A DNA stretch of 32,000 nt from Acaryochloris marina MBIC11017 (GCF_000018105.1 NC_009925.1:3870001-3902000), one strand, 5' to 3'; numbered from the stretch's first letter, positions 8,177-16,538 are shown. The notes: generated by a model not told the origin, from the letters alone. A program made the numbers and translations.

Positions 8177-8474
8177 CCTTAGCCTCCCAGGTTAGACCCT
8201 TGCCTACCATTGCCTTGAATTCCCATGAAACGACCCTCATCTCACCTGCAACATGGATATGCTAAACCGAAAGCTAGAAGTCTTTGCCCCTCTTCCTCAT
8301 AAGTCTTTAGATGTCAGAGCTACCACGCCCACATCACCGGTTCAGAATCCAAATGATCTGTCACGATCCGGCCCATCTGATCGATGGTGGCCAAATCTGC
8401 GGCAGATAACGTCTGATCACCGGTCCATGAATTTGATAGAGGTCCATGTAGTCCGTTTGCAGGTTGTGCAGACT

Positions 8475-8482
8475 GCGATCGC
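8475..8482. repeat. HIP1 palindrome GCGATCGC
   Basis: Exact octamer read at these coordinates (inside the AKR pseudogene). Confidence 0.95.
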
Positions 8483-8545
8483 CAGCCTCGATCACTTGCT
8501 CATACTTGAGGTGATTGGCAAAGACTTTAGATGCGCAGACCCGTT

Positions 8546-8553
8546 GCGATCGC
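8546..8553. repeat. HIP1 palindrome GCGATCGC
   Basis: Exact octamer read at these coordinates (inside the AKR pseudogene). Confidence 0.95.
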
Positions 8554-8807
8554 TGATCCGAGACTGCCTGGACAAGCATTTACTCCGAATGCCCATCCCC
8601 GTATACTTCTGCCGTATCGATGGTGGTAATACCAGCCTCCACCGCAGCTTAAACCGTGCGAATGGTTTCAGCATCGTCAATGTCTACCCACCCTCGTTTG
8701 CCAGCTTGCCAGGTCCCCATAATGATTGGGGTAACCTGAATAGTAGTGCTTCCCAAGCATCGAGTCTCCATTGCTGCCCTCTCACTTCACGCTGCCTCTC
8801 CCCATCT

Positions 8808-9464
8808 ATGAAGGTTTCTATCCCCGTTTTTTGTTTCAGTCTGCTTCTAAGCCTAACGCCATTCTCCGCCCAGGCTCAATCTACCGTGGCGGGTCTTAAT
8901 CAACAATTACAAGATTCAGTCCATCGCCAAAACTGGTCTGAAGCGATTCAAGTGATCGATCAGCTGATTCCCCTCGCACCTGAGCAAGCGGCTCAACTCA
9001 AGCAGTACCGAAGTCAACTCAAGCAGCTCCAGCAGACGGGGTTTAAGGGTAGCTCTTCTAAGCCTGCATCGGCCAAAAAAGCCACAAGCAAAGTGGGCCT
9101 GGTTCCCATCAAACGCCGGTCAGGAGGCGTAGCCATTGTGGACGTGAGATTTAATAGTCGCCGTACCTTTGAAATGTTGGTGGACTCGGGGGCCAGCCGA
9201 ACCGTCATTACTCGGCCCATGGCCAAAGCACTGGGTATAGGTACCTCGGATGTCGTGGGTACCTTCGGGGCGTCCACGGCCAATGGCTATGCAGAATTTC
9301 CGATCGTCTATGTCAAGGCCATGGAAGTGGGTGGATTGAAGAGTTACCAAGTGCCCGTCGCCGTGGCTGGACCCGATATGGACATGGGGTTACTGGGTCA
9401 AGATTTTCTCCAAAAGTATGATTTCACCTTTCGCGGAAATCAGATCGAGTTTCACAAGCGGTAG
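8808..9464 (+). CDS. secreted retropepsin-like (clan AA) aspartic protease
   Basis: 218 aa starting MKVSIPVFCFSLLLSLTPFSAQAQ (signal peptide). It has a coiled or low-complexity linker and the active-site context FEMLVDSGASRTVITRPMAKALGI (DSGA). The part of the 403-aa track ORF upstream of 8808 is antisense to the AKR pseudogene. Confidence 0.75.
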   Translation: MKVSIPVFCFSLLLSLTPFSAQAQSTVAGLNQQLQDSVHRQNWSEAIQVIDQLIPLAPEQAAQLKQYRSQLKQLQQTGFKGSSSKPASAKKATSKVGLVPIKRRSGGVAIVDVRFNSRRTFEMLVDSGASRTVITRPMAKALGIGTSDVVGTFGASTANGYAEFPIVYVKAMEVGGLKSYQVPVAVAGPDMDMGLLGQDFLQKYDFTFRGNQIEFHKR

Positions 9465-9524
9465 GCAATGCTTAAACGGGTGTGCCAGGATTGAAGGTGC
9501 ATTGTTTACCCTTTTCCCAGCCTT

Positions 9525-11045
9525 ATGGCAGATGTCCTTAGCATTACCCAGCACTACCATCAACGGACAAAATATGATCCAGAGACCCTCTCGCAACGGG
9601 GGCGCTCCCTGGATTTTAGCCAACAGCCCATGCCGTTCAAGGACTATAAATTTGGCACCACCATTGGGCTCAAAGAATACCTAGAGCAAGGGGTCGACGC
9701 CTCCCAGATGCAGTGGCAGCGGTTATCTCGCCTCCTGTACTGTAGCTACGGCATCACCGCCGTCATTCCCTATCCGGATAATCCCCTCTACTTGAGGACG
9801 GCCCCATCTGCAGGGGGCTTATATCCGGCAGAACTCTATGTCATTGCTGGGGAAGGCACTGTCCTACCCGCTGGCCTCTATAACTACCAGGTCCGCACCC
9901 ACTCCTTGTTACGGTTCTGGGACAGCCATGTTTGGTCAGCCTTAGAATCTGCTTGTCTTTGGCATCCTGCCCTGGCGAAAACTCAATTGGCCGTAGTGGT
10001 CACTGCTATTTTTCATCGGTCTGCCTGGCGATATGAAGACCGCGCCTATCGGCGAATTTGCCTGGATAGTGGCCATTTACTAGGCAATATTGAGCTAGCC
10101 GCTTCCATTTGTGATTATAAAGCTCACCTGATTGGCGGTTTTGCCGATCAGCCCTTTAACCAACTGCTATATCTTGATTCAGATCAAGAAGGCGTCGTCG
10201 CGGCGTTCGCCTTAGCTGACTTATTGGAGGCCGACCAAAACTTACCCCCTGCCCCCACCCTGTTGCCTTCTCCCACCGTAGAAGATTTTCCCAAGTTACC
10301 GGATGGCGAACTGCTCGCTTATACCCACACTGCTACCAGTATTGCCTCCGAAGACATTACCTATAACAATCCCCTACCCACTACGACCAAAGAAGATAAA
10401 TACAATTTTCCATTCTGCCTAAAAGTGCCGCTTGCCAACACCCCCGTGGATTGGGGAGATGACTTAATTGACTTAAAGGAAAGCATTCTCAAACGCCGAT
10501 CCACCCGCAAGTTTACTGGGGATTCCTTGAGCCTAGACACCTTAAGTCGTCTCCTCAGTTTCACCTATTGCCCAGAAAACTACCAAGAGCAAGGACTAGA
10601 CGGCGATCCGGGCTTTTTCGATTTAGGGCTGATCCAAACCTTTATCGCCGTTTTAGATATCACCGATTTAGACACGGGCTGCTACTACTATGCTATTCAA
10701 GCTCAGGAGCTGCGGCAAATTCGGTTTAAGAACTTCCGACGAGAATCCCACTATCTGTGCTTAGGTCAGGATCTAGGGCGAGATGCCGCCGCCATTGTGT
10801 TTCATACGGCTGATTTGCAAAGTGCGATCGCACGCTACGGTGACCGGGCCTATCGCTATCTCCACATGGATGCAGGGCATCTGGGACAGCGTTTAAACCT
10901 AGCCGCCACCCACCTGGGGGTGGGAGTCAGCGGCATCGGTGGTTTCTTTGACGATCAGGTGAACGAAGTCTTAGGCATCCCAGAAGAAGAAGCGGTCCTC
11001 TACATAACGACTCTAGGAAAACCGCCCCCTCCTGCCCAGGAGTAA
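9525..11045 (+). CDS. SagB/ThcOx-type dehydrogenase with two tandem nitroreductase-fold domains
   Basis: 506 aa. The first domain has YHQRTKY and RTAPSAGGLYPAELYV. The second begins KRRSTRKFTGDSLSLDTLSRLL and ends GIGGFFDDQVNEVLGIPEEEAVLYITTLG. Confidence 0.7.
   Translation: MADVLSITQHYHQRTKYDPETLSQRGRSLDFSQQPMPFKDYKFGTTIGLKEYLEQGVDASQMQWQRLSRLLYCSYGITAVIPYPDNPLYLRTAPSAGGLYPAELYVIAGEGTVLPAGLYNYQVRTHSLLRFWDSHVWSALESACLWHPALAKTQLAVVVTAIFHRSAWRYEDRAYRRICLDSGHLLGNIELAASICDYKAHLIGGFADQPFNQLLYLDSDQEGVVAAFALADLLEADQNLPPAPTLLPSPTVEDFPKLPDGELLAYTHTATSIASEDITYNNPLPTTTKEDKYNFPFCLKVPLANTPVDWGDDLIDLKESILKRRSTRKFTGDSLSLDTLSRLLSFTYCPENYQEQGLDGDPGFFDLGLIQTFIAVLDITDLDTGCYYYAIQAQELRQIRFKNFRRESHYLCLGQDLGRDAAAIVFHTADLQSAIARYGDRAYRYLHMDAGHLGQRLNLAATHLGVGVSGIGGFFDDQVNEVLGIPEEEAVLYITTLGKPPPPAQE
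10824..10831. repeat. HIP1 palindrome GCGATCGC
   Basis: Exact octamer read at these coordinates. Confidence 0.95.
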
Positions 11046-11073
11046 GGGAGGGCTTCGTCAGTGACCCGTGATT

Positions 11074-11772
11074 TTAACGCGCAAAAATGGCTTGAATTCG
11101 ATCGAGTTCAATCTGGTGCAGATAATCAACACACCAATTCGCCTGACGTTGCAGCATATGAAAAGGCAAGGTATGCGCCACCCCCACCACAGGGACTTGG
11201 GCCTGTTTGGCTGCCTGAATACCCGCAAAGCTATCCTCAATCGCCAAGCAATCACAAGGGTCTAAATCCAACCCAGGAAACTTACGATTGAGGCGCTTAA
11301 TCGCCAATTGATACCCGGCTGGATCCGGCTTACTTCTTTTGACATCTTCCGAGGTGACGGTAATGGGAAAGGCCTCCTCCAAAGACAGTTGTTTAAGCAC
11401 CAGTCGCACTTCTGACCGGAGCGCACCACTGACGATGGCCAGGGTCAACCCCGCATCTAGGCATTGCCCAATCAGCTCGATCAGGCCTTCAAAAACCGGT
11501 AGGTATTCCAAAGATTCTATATATTGGCGGTAAGCCTTCGCTTTGAAGGACAACAACCGCCGCAGATGAAACTGATTGAGGGGCTGCTCCATGCTGGCAT
11601 ACAAATCTTGAAAACAGGCCCGATCCGTTCGACCCAGACAGTGAAGCTGCAGCTCTTCTTGAGTGAGGGGCAAATCTTCTTGCTCCATCATCTCCCAGAT
11701 AATCTGCTGGTGAATGCGCTCGTCATCTAGCACAACACCATTGAAATCAAATAAAACTGCCTTCAGGGGCAT
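11074..11772 (-). CDS. HAD-superfamily hydrolase (beta-PGM/CbbY-like subfamily) with an atypical motif I
   Basis: 232 aa. Motif I is AVLFDFNGVV (DxN instead of DxD; codons GAT TTC AAT at 11748-11740). Later motifs are VSGALR and AIEDSFAGIQAAKQA. Confidence 0.8.
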   Translation of the reverse strand: MPLKAVLFDFNGVVLDDERIHQQIIWEMMEQEDLPLTQEELQLHCLGRTDRACFQDLYASMEQPLNQFHLRRLLSFKAKAYRQYIESLEYLPVFEGLIELIGQCLDAGLTLAIVSGALRSEVRLVLKQLSLEEAFPITVTSEDVKRSKPDPAGYQLAIKRLNRKFPGLDLDPCDCLAIEDSFAGIQAAKQAQVPVVGVAHTLPFHMLQRQANWCVDYLHQIELDRIQAIFAR

Positions 11773-11865
11773 GGGAGCTTATCAAACTTACAATAACCAA
11801 ACCGCAGCAATTACTGCTACACTCGTTTCAATTTCGCGGTAGGCTGACAGACCGATTCAGGCAAT

Positions 11866-11873
11866 GCGATCGC
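11866..11873. repeat. HIP1 palindrome GCGATCGC
   Basis: Exact octamer read at these coordinates (intergenic). Confidence 0.95.
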
Positions 11874-12050
11874 ACGTTTAGTTCTTGAATGCCTACTCAG
11901 GCGTGATCCGAGTTAATAGACTACACTGGATTGAACAGTAAAGCAAAGTCGGATATGGGGGAAACGGCGTCAAATTTATTACTCGGTTGCTTACTGTCTT
12001 TAATCCTCTAATATGTCCGCTGTTTGAACGTTGTTTTGGAGAGGCCACTT

Positions 12051-12362
12051 ATGCTAGACCGCAAGATCTACCAACTCTACAATAACGGTCAAGAAGTCTG
12101 GATCTACTTAAGGGACCAGCAGCGCTGGTTGGATCGCGCTCGTGTGACGGGCCTAGATGGCGATATCGTCACCATTCGCTATGAAACCGAAGAAGATGAT
12201 GAGATTTGCGCCTGGGAAGAGATGGTCCGCATCGAAAGTATTGGAGCCGTTACCACGCGTTTAGCGGCAGTTCCCAAACATAATATTGACCCTATGGTCT
12301 CAGATGACTGTCCCGAAGCAGAACAACTCCCCAACCCACACCCAGACAATAATTCAGACTAA
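12051..12362 (+). CDS. hypothetical small protein
   Basis: 103 aa from the first ATG (the track ORF starts at a TTG at 12024). MLDRKIYQLYNNGQEVWIYLRDQQRWLDRARVTGLDGDIVTIRYETEEDDEICAWEEMVRIESI suggests a small SH3/Tudor-like beta fold followed by an acidic tail. No family recognised. Confidence 0.5.
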   Translation: MLDRKIYQLYNNGQEVWIYLRDQQRWLDRARVTGLDGDIVTIRYETEEDDEICAWEEMVRIESIGAVTTRLAAVPKHNIDPMVSDDCPEAEQLPNPHPDNNSD

Positions 12363-14071
12363 ACATCTACTCCTTCGTCGTCGAAGTCTTCTGACCCAGG
12401 CTCTACGCCTGACCTATCATCGATCGGTGCGTAGACCGGACACGTTCCCTGGGGAGACACCTTAAAGCCATATAGAGCAGATTCTGTCTGCCAACAGCGT
12501 TGGTTTCGATAGTAATGGCAGTTGGCACAGCAAGTGCGATCCATAGGGTGCTGGCTGGCACTACTGCGTAATATTTCCGCCTGAGACAATCCTCGAATCA
12601 CCAGTTGATGCCCCTGCCAAACCGCTTCAATTAAGCCAGTGTCCGCAAAGGTCTGCCACCGTGGGTCTTCGAGAATATCAGCTCCTAAGCTCAGGGTGGC
12701 AGATAATCCTGACTCCACCAGTTCACCCCTATAGGTTTGTAAAGGCGGAGCCAGAGACTCTTGGGGTAGAAGGGCACTCTCCGCCAACCCCACTTCCAGT
12801 CGCTCCCCCAGCATCAGAGGATGAAGCTGATAGCGATTCTGTAGATCCGGGGTTTGCATTAAATCCTCAACCACTAGGGGTGAGCGGTGATAGAACGCCA
12901 CATGGCGGGGACGGCTATTATGAATCAACTGAGTCGTACTAGGGCCATCACAGGCTTGTGCCAGCAGAAAAGTCTGTCTCTGCCAGGAAGCCGGAAGGCT
13001 CACCGGGTCCCCCTTGGCATCCTGAGGATGCTCTCGCAATGCTTGAGGCGATTCAGGAGGAATAGGGTCTAACACCAGTACCTGATCTCCTAGAGCCTGA
13101 ACATATTGCCCCAGCTCAGTTTGATGACGGACGAGAAGAATACACGGTAATTGAGTCATTGCTTCGAGCGGTTGGATCTGAAGCCGTCCGCTGGCTTGCC
13201 AAAACAAAGACTGTTGACGAGCAAAATTTTGAATACTGGCAGGCAAGGACGTCAAAATCTGGCCATAGGCATCACATCCTTGAGCCACCGTCTCATCGAC
13301 CCAAACTGTAACCTTCTGGCGGGCGAGTTCTGCGTTCGTCCGAAACAACATCAACAGCTCTTGTCCCAGCCCCACTTGAGGCACGGGTATGACGATGGAT
13401 TGTTGAGCGGCTAACGCCTGGAGCAGGGCTTGTACCAACTCACTTTCTTGCTGTTTTCGAGGGGGGTGTTGCAGGGTTCCATAGCCCCCCTTCAGAAGCA
13501 ACAGATCAATCCTGCGATCTTTGAAACTGGCGGTCGATAAGGCAGGGGCAAACCGAGTATGAGTTAAATAAAAATCTCCCGTATAGGCAACGGTATAGAC
13601 TTCCCCTATCTCGGCCTCAACCATCACCGTATAGGTCAGTAAACAGACGGCTGCTCCAGGCATCTGCCCCGCAGGAATCAGTTCTAGGGTCAAGTCTGAA
13701 GTCAAGTTAAACGGCGTATTCCAGGCAATGGGAGTACACTCAGAAGCCCATTGATCAGTCTCCAGGTGACTCAATATTTGCTGAGTTTCAAGGCTTGTAT
13801 AGATCGGCATTTTGGGAAAGGATTGGCGCAACGCTCCTAACCCACGCACGTGATCGGCATGGGCTTGTGAACAGACGACAAAATCGGCAGGCTGCTGCTC
13901 AGAAGGGTGTTCCACAACTGCATCAGACTGCAACTCATCTGCTTGTAAGCCAGAGATATCGGCTAATCCACAGTCCAACAAAATCCGATACGGCCCTAAC
14001 CTCAGTCCTAGGCACACACCGGTCTGGGGTTCAACACCATAGGGAAAACATTCAACTGGCACTGGAGACAT
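12359..14071 (-). CDS. MBL-fold / beta-CASP-like protein with degenerate metal motifs and a C-terminal Cys-rich module
   Basis: RILLDCGL (motif 1), SQAHADH (motif 2 position), IPAGQMPGAA (motif 3 position), and YTGDFYLTHTR...IDLLLLKGGYG (compare CPSF73-type YTGDFS...ESTYG). Near the end, RPRHVAFYH. The C-terminus is CCANCHYYRNQRCW...GTCPVY. I place the start at the ATG at 14071 (MSPVPVECF...); the track start is 14164. Confidence 0.6.
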   Translation of the reverse strand: MSPVPVECFPYGVEPQTGVCLGLRLGPYRILLDCGLADISGLQADELQSDAVVEHPSEQQPADFVVCSQAHADHVRGLGALRQSFPKMPIYTSLETQQILSHLETDQWASECTPIAWNTPFNLTSDLTLELIPAGQMPGAAVCLLTYTVMVEAEIGEVYTVAYTGDFYLTHTRFAPALSTASFKDRRIDLLLLKGGYGTLQHPPRKQQESELVQALLQALAAQQSIVIPVPQVGLGQELLMLFRTNAELARQKVTVWVDETVAQGCDAYGQILTSLPASIQNFARQQSLFWQASGRLQIQPLEAMTQLPCILLVRHQTELGQYVQALGDQVLVLDPIPPESPQALREHPQDAKGDPVSLPASWQRQTFLLAQACDGPSTTQLIHNSRPRHVAFYHRSPLVVEDLMQTPDLQNRYQLHPLMLGERLEVGLAESALLPQESLAPPLQTYRGELVESGLSATLSLGADILEDPRWQTFADTGLIEAVWQGHQLVIRGLSQAEILRSSASQHPMDRTCCANCHYYRNQRCWQTESALYGFKVSPQGTCPVYAPIDDRSGVEPGSEDFDDEGVDV

Positions 14072-14227
14072 AAGTTTTGAGGCTTGCACCGCTGATCCAT
14101 TAAAGCTTTGTAGCCCTAGGCAAAAGCCTGAGGCCAAATTTTTTACAGAGTCCCTGCATATCAATCCAAAAACAAACCTAACAGTTGAGTAAGGTCAACC
14201 ACCATCCAATCAACTTAGGAAACCGTT

Positions 14228-15535
14228 ATGCAACACCAACTAACCACCACCAAGTTTCAGCCTTCTAAAGTAGCCCAGGTACTGCGAAACGCAACCAGCG
14301 CAACCTTGGGAGCCATGGTTCTCACAAGTCTAGTCCCCTCACCTGCTGCTGCTCTTTCTGGTCAAAAAACCATCCCAGCATCAAGGGTTGCCCAAATAAT
14401 GAACGGCACCTTGACAGACGCTAAAATTCGTCTCAACAACGTGGATCTGAATGGCTATGGTCGCTACCTCAAAGACGATTGGTATAAACCTAATGATTCC
14501 TATTTCCAATTTATGGGCAGAAAACAGTCTATTTCGCTCCAGCATTGGACAGGTAGACGGGAAAAAGGTCATATGCGTTGGTATTACTACATCAATAATG
14601 TCAACACAGAAGCGGTGACGCTACGTCACGAAAACAATCGCTATGTGTTCCGAGCATTCTTCGAAAGTCGCGATCGTGAAATTAAAGGACTGTGCCGCTG
14701 GAAGAAAGCAGTAGGCAAAAACAAAGGGAAATATACCCAGTGCAAACCCAGTGGTAATGATCGCCCCGCTCCCGATGGTGATTTTAACCATGCCAAGGTG
14801 CAAATCGCTCTCAAACCTGTAGTTCGCAACGGCGGGATTATCCTCACGGTGCCTCAGCGAAGCAATGTCAAAATTGGCGGCGATTTACAAATCCAAGGTG
14901 TTCTCGGTTGGTTTAACAAGATTGAGGACGCCATCGAGAACTATGGCAAACGCAAAGTGGGCGATGCGATCTACCATGCATTCCAAGATCCTCAACGACA
15001 GGCAACGATGCAACAACGCACGGCCAATGCCATTAGCCGATTAAATGCTTTTGCTAGATTCGCAAATGTACGGCCCGTCAGGTTCAAGCCCAACGGTGAT
15101 TTGGTGGTGGCCTACGACATCAAAGTCGATAAAAGTATGGTGTCAACCGTCCTCCAGCAAGTGAAGCATCCTCGCCAGGGTAAGGCTTGTAAGGGCACGA
15201 TGGACCTCAAAGCACGGTTTAAATCCCAGTATCCAGCTAAACTCACCTATCAATTTGAAGGCGAGAATGGGGCACTCAGCCCTAAGCAAACCCTCACGCT
15301 GGCAAGTAAAACCCCCAAAACCATCACCCTAAAGCGCAGAACAGGTGGACCAGGGACAACTAAGCAAATTGTCCAACTGCCGAAGCGCGGCAAGCGCCTC
15401 AGGGTGTCAGGGAAAAGTCGTGCCCATTGGTCATTTGTCATCGATGGCCAACGAGTCTCAGGCAAAACCCCTTGGAAACCCTATTCCATCTATTGCCCTA
15501 TTCCTCAACAATCGCCAGGCGGATTCAAGTCTTAA
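14228..15535 (+). CDS. hypothetical secreted protein, strongly Lys/Arg-rich, no recognised family
   Basis: 435 aa with AGGAA upstream of the ATG. N-terminal signal-like segment ATLGAMVLTSLVPSPAAALSG. A few scattered Cys and many K/R runs (KKAVGKNKGKYTQCK, LKRRTGGPG, LPKRGKRLRVSGKSR). Confidence 0.55.
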   Translation: MQHQLTTTKFQPSKVAQVLRNATSATLGAMVLTSLVPSPAAALSGQKTIPASRVAQIMNGTLTDAKIRLNNVDLNGYGRYLKDDWYKPNDSYFQFMGRKQSISLQHWTGRREKGHMRWYYYINNVNTEAVTLRHENNRYVFRAFFESRDREIKGLCRWKKAVGKNKGKYTQCKPSGNDRPAPDGDFNHAKVQIALKPVVRNGGIILTVPQRSNVKIGGDLQIQGVLGWFNKIEDAIENYGKRKVGDAIYHAFQDPQRQATMQQRTANAISRLNAFARFANVRPVRFKPNGDLVVAYDIKVDKSMVSTVLQQVKHPRQGKACKGTMDLKARFKSQYPAKLTYQFEGENGALSPKQTLTLASKTPKTITLKRRTGGPGTTKQIVQLPKRGKRLRVSGKSRAHWSFVIDGQRVSGKTPWKPYSIYCPIPQQSPGGFKS

Positions 15536-15594
15536 TCAGGAAGGTGAACGCCACCTTCTCAAGGGATTCTCACTTATCTTGATCAATTGATGGC

Positions 15595-15632
15595 TGTAGC
15601 TGTGGGTATTTTGCCTACAGCTACAATTTTCT
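15595..15632 (+). terminator. putative rho-independent terminator of the 14228-15535 gene
   Basis: A 12-bp stem, TGTAGCTGTGGG (15595-15606) pairing with CCTACAGCTACA (15614-15625), with one G-U pair. The loop is 7 nt and the stem is followed by AATTTTCT. Confidence 0.5.
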
Positions 15633-15881
15633 ATCAATCTTTATTATCGCCTGGTTAATACCTTGGCCACTCCAAATCCAGCAGAATTTGATTGCACACA
15701 GTCCGAAACTACAGCGTGATTTTGCAAGTCCAAACTTAAGCATCTTGATTCACAGAGCATCAGATCAAAGCCCCTTGCACAAGCCAATTGTTAATGCGTC
15801 ACTTTACGAATCAAATCGAGATGTCAAAGGATCGATAGTTGGTCATATCCCCAATATTGCTCCATGTCCTGTCAATTCCAC

Positions 15882-16538
15882 TTAATCCAAGGCAAGGGAT
15901 GACAAGATATCCTGCGGAGGAAGATATGGATTGGGCCACAACACTAAGCGGCACCAAACATTCCGCTCTGGGTCATATATACGAGGACCTAACTCTTCCA
16001 AGTCATCTTCATCCTCCAGCTCATCTTCATCTTCTATCATGGGCCAATGCTCTAAGGTATAGCTCTCATCCAGAGCATTCAAAGATCCCAAATAAAACCG
16101 CAAACGATACATATCTGGCGCAATATAGATCGGTTTGGCGACATCGTGATCCATCAGTCCATGAAGATAAAGCTCTCCATTCGATAAATCAAAACTCACT
16201 TCGGCAATATAAAACCAGTTCGATAAATTCTGCTCATCTAGATCCTCTGGTGGTGAATCCCACAACTCTAGACGTAGAGGAAAGTCGATTTCATCACAGG
16301 CAACGTAGAGGCAAATCGCTTGACTCGCAATCGTCATGCCTTTGAGCCGTTCATAAGCAATGGTCTGAGGAGGGATCAGCTCTTGAAACTCGTCAGCAGC
16401 TGGGTTTGCCCCTCTGCTTTGTTGGGGAATATCGTAAAAGCTAGGCAGCGGCGGTAATTCTGCTGTTCGATGATTAGAAAGATAGATAGTATAAAGCTCA
16501 GAGTCAATATTAAAAAATTCTTCTCTAAGTTGCACCAT
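15882..16538 (-). CDS. hypothetical cytoplasmic protein, strongly acidic, no recognised family
   Basis: 218 aa with no signal peptide and an acidic run, IEDEDELEDEDDLEE. It sits in AT-richer DNA with a 240-bp AT-rich upstream region. The antisense 168-aa ORF has junk-like S/H/P/R-rich composition. Confidence 0.55.
   Translation of the reverse strand: MVQLREEFFNIDSELYTIYLSNHRTAELPPLPSFYDIPQQSRGANPAADEFQELIPPQTIAYERLKGMTIASQAICLYVACDEIDFPLRLELWDSPPEDLDEQNLSNWFYIAEVSFDLSNGELYLHGLMDHDVAKPIYIAPDMYRLRFYLGSLNALDESYTLEHWPMIEDEDELEDEDDLEELGPRIYDPERNVWCRLVLWPNPYLPPQDILSSLALD

Larger units (their letters stand above)
8320..8771 (-). pseudogene. aldo/keto reductase pseudogene (two in-frame stops, an internal deletion and a frame change)
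   Basis: The minus strand from the ATG at 8771 reads METRCLGSTTIQVTPIIMGTWQAGKRGWVDIDDAETIRTV*AAVEAGITTIDTAEVYGDGHSE*MLVQAVSDQRSQRVCASKVFANHLKYEQVIEAGDRSLHNLQTDYMDLYQIHGP. A different frame then gives GDQTLSAADLATIDQMGRIVTDHLDSEPVMWAW*. The AKR N-terminal motifs are present (GTW, DTAExYGxGxSE, LxTDYxDLYQIH), but roughly the central half of a normal AKR is missing. Confidence 0.7.

Noticed and set aside
8253-9464. 403-aa ORF in the supplied track, treated as one gene
   Set aside because: The first 185 codons run antisense through a recognisable AKR pseudogene and have junk-like composition. A signal peptide begins at the internal ATG at 8808, which I take as the real start.
15621-15743. 40-aa minus-strand ORF (MLKFGLAKSRCSFGLCAIKFCWIWSGQGINQAIIKIDRKL) between the convergent orphan genes
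   Set aside because: It is short, has no obvious ribosome-binding site, and overlaps the terminator hairpin of the opposite gene. It is most likely chance.
15839-16345. 168-aa plus-strand ORF overlapping the acidic-protein gene
   Set aside because: Its composition is S/H/P/R-rich and low-complexity, typical of an antisense frame. The minus-strand ORF is longer and has protein-like composition.
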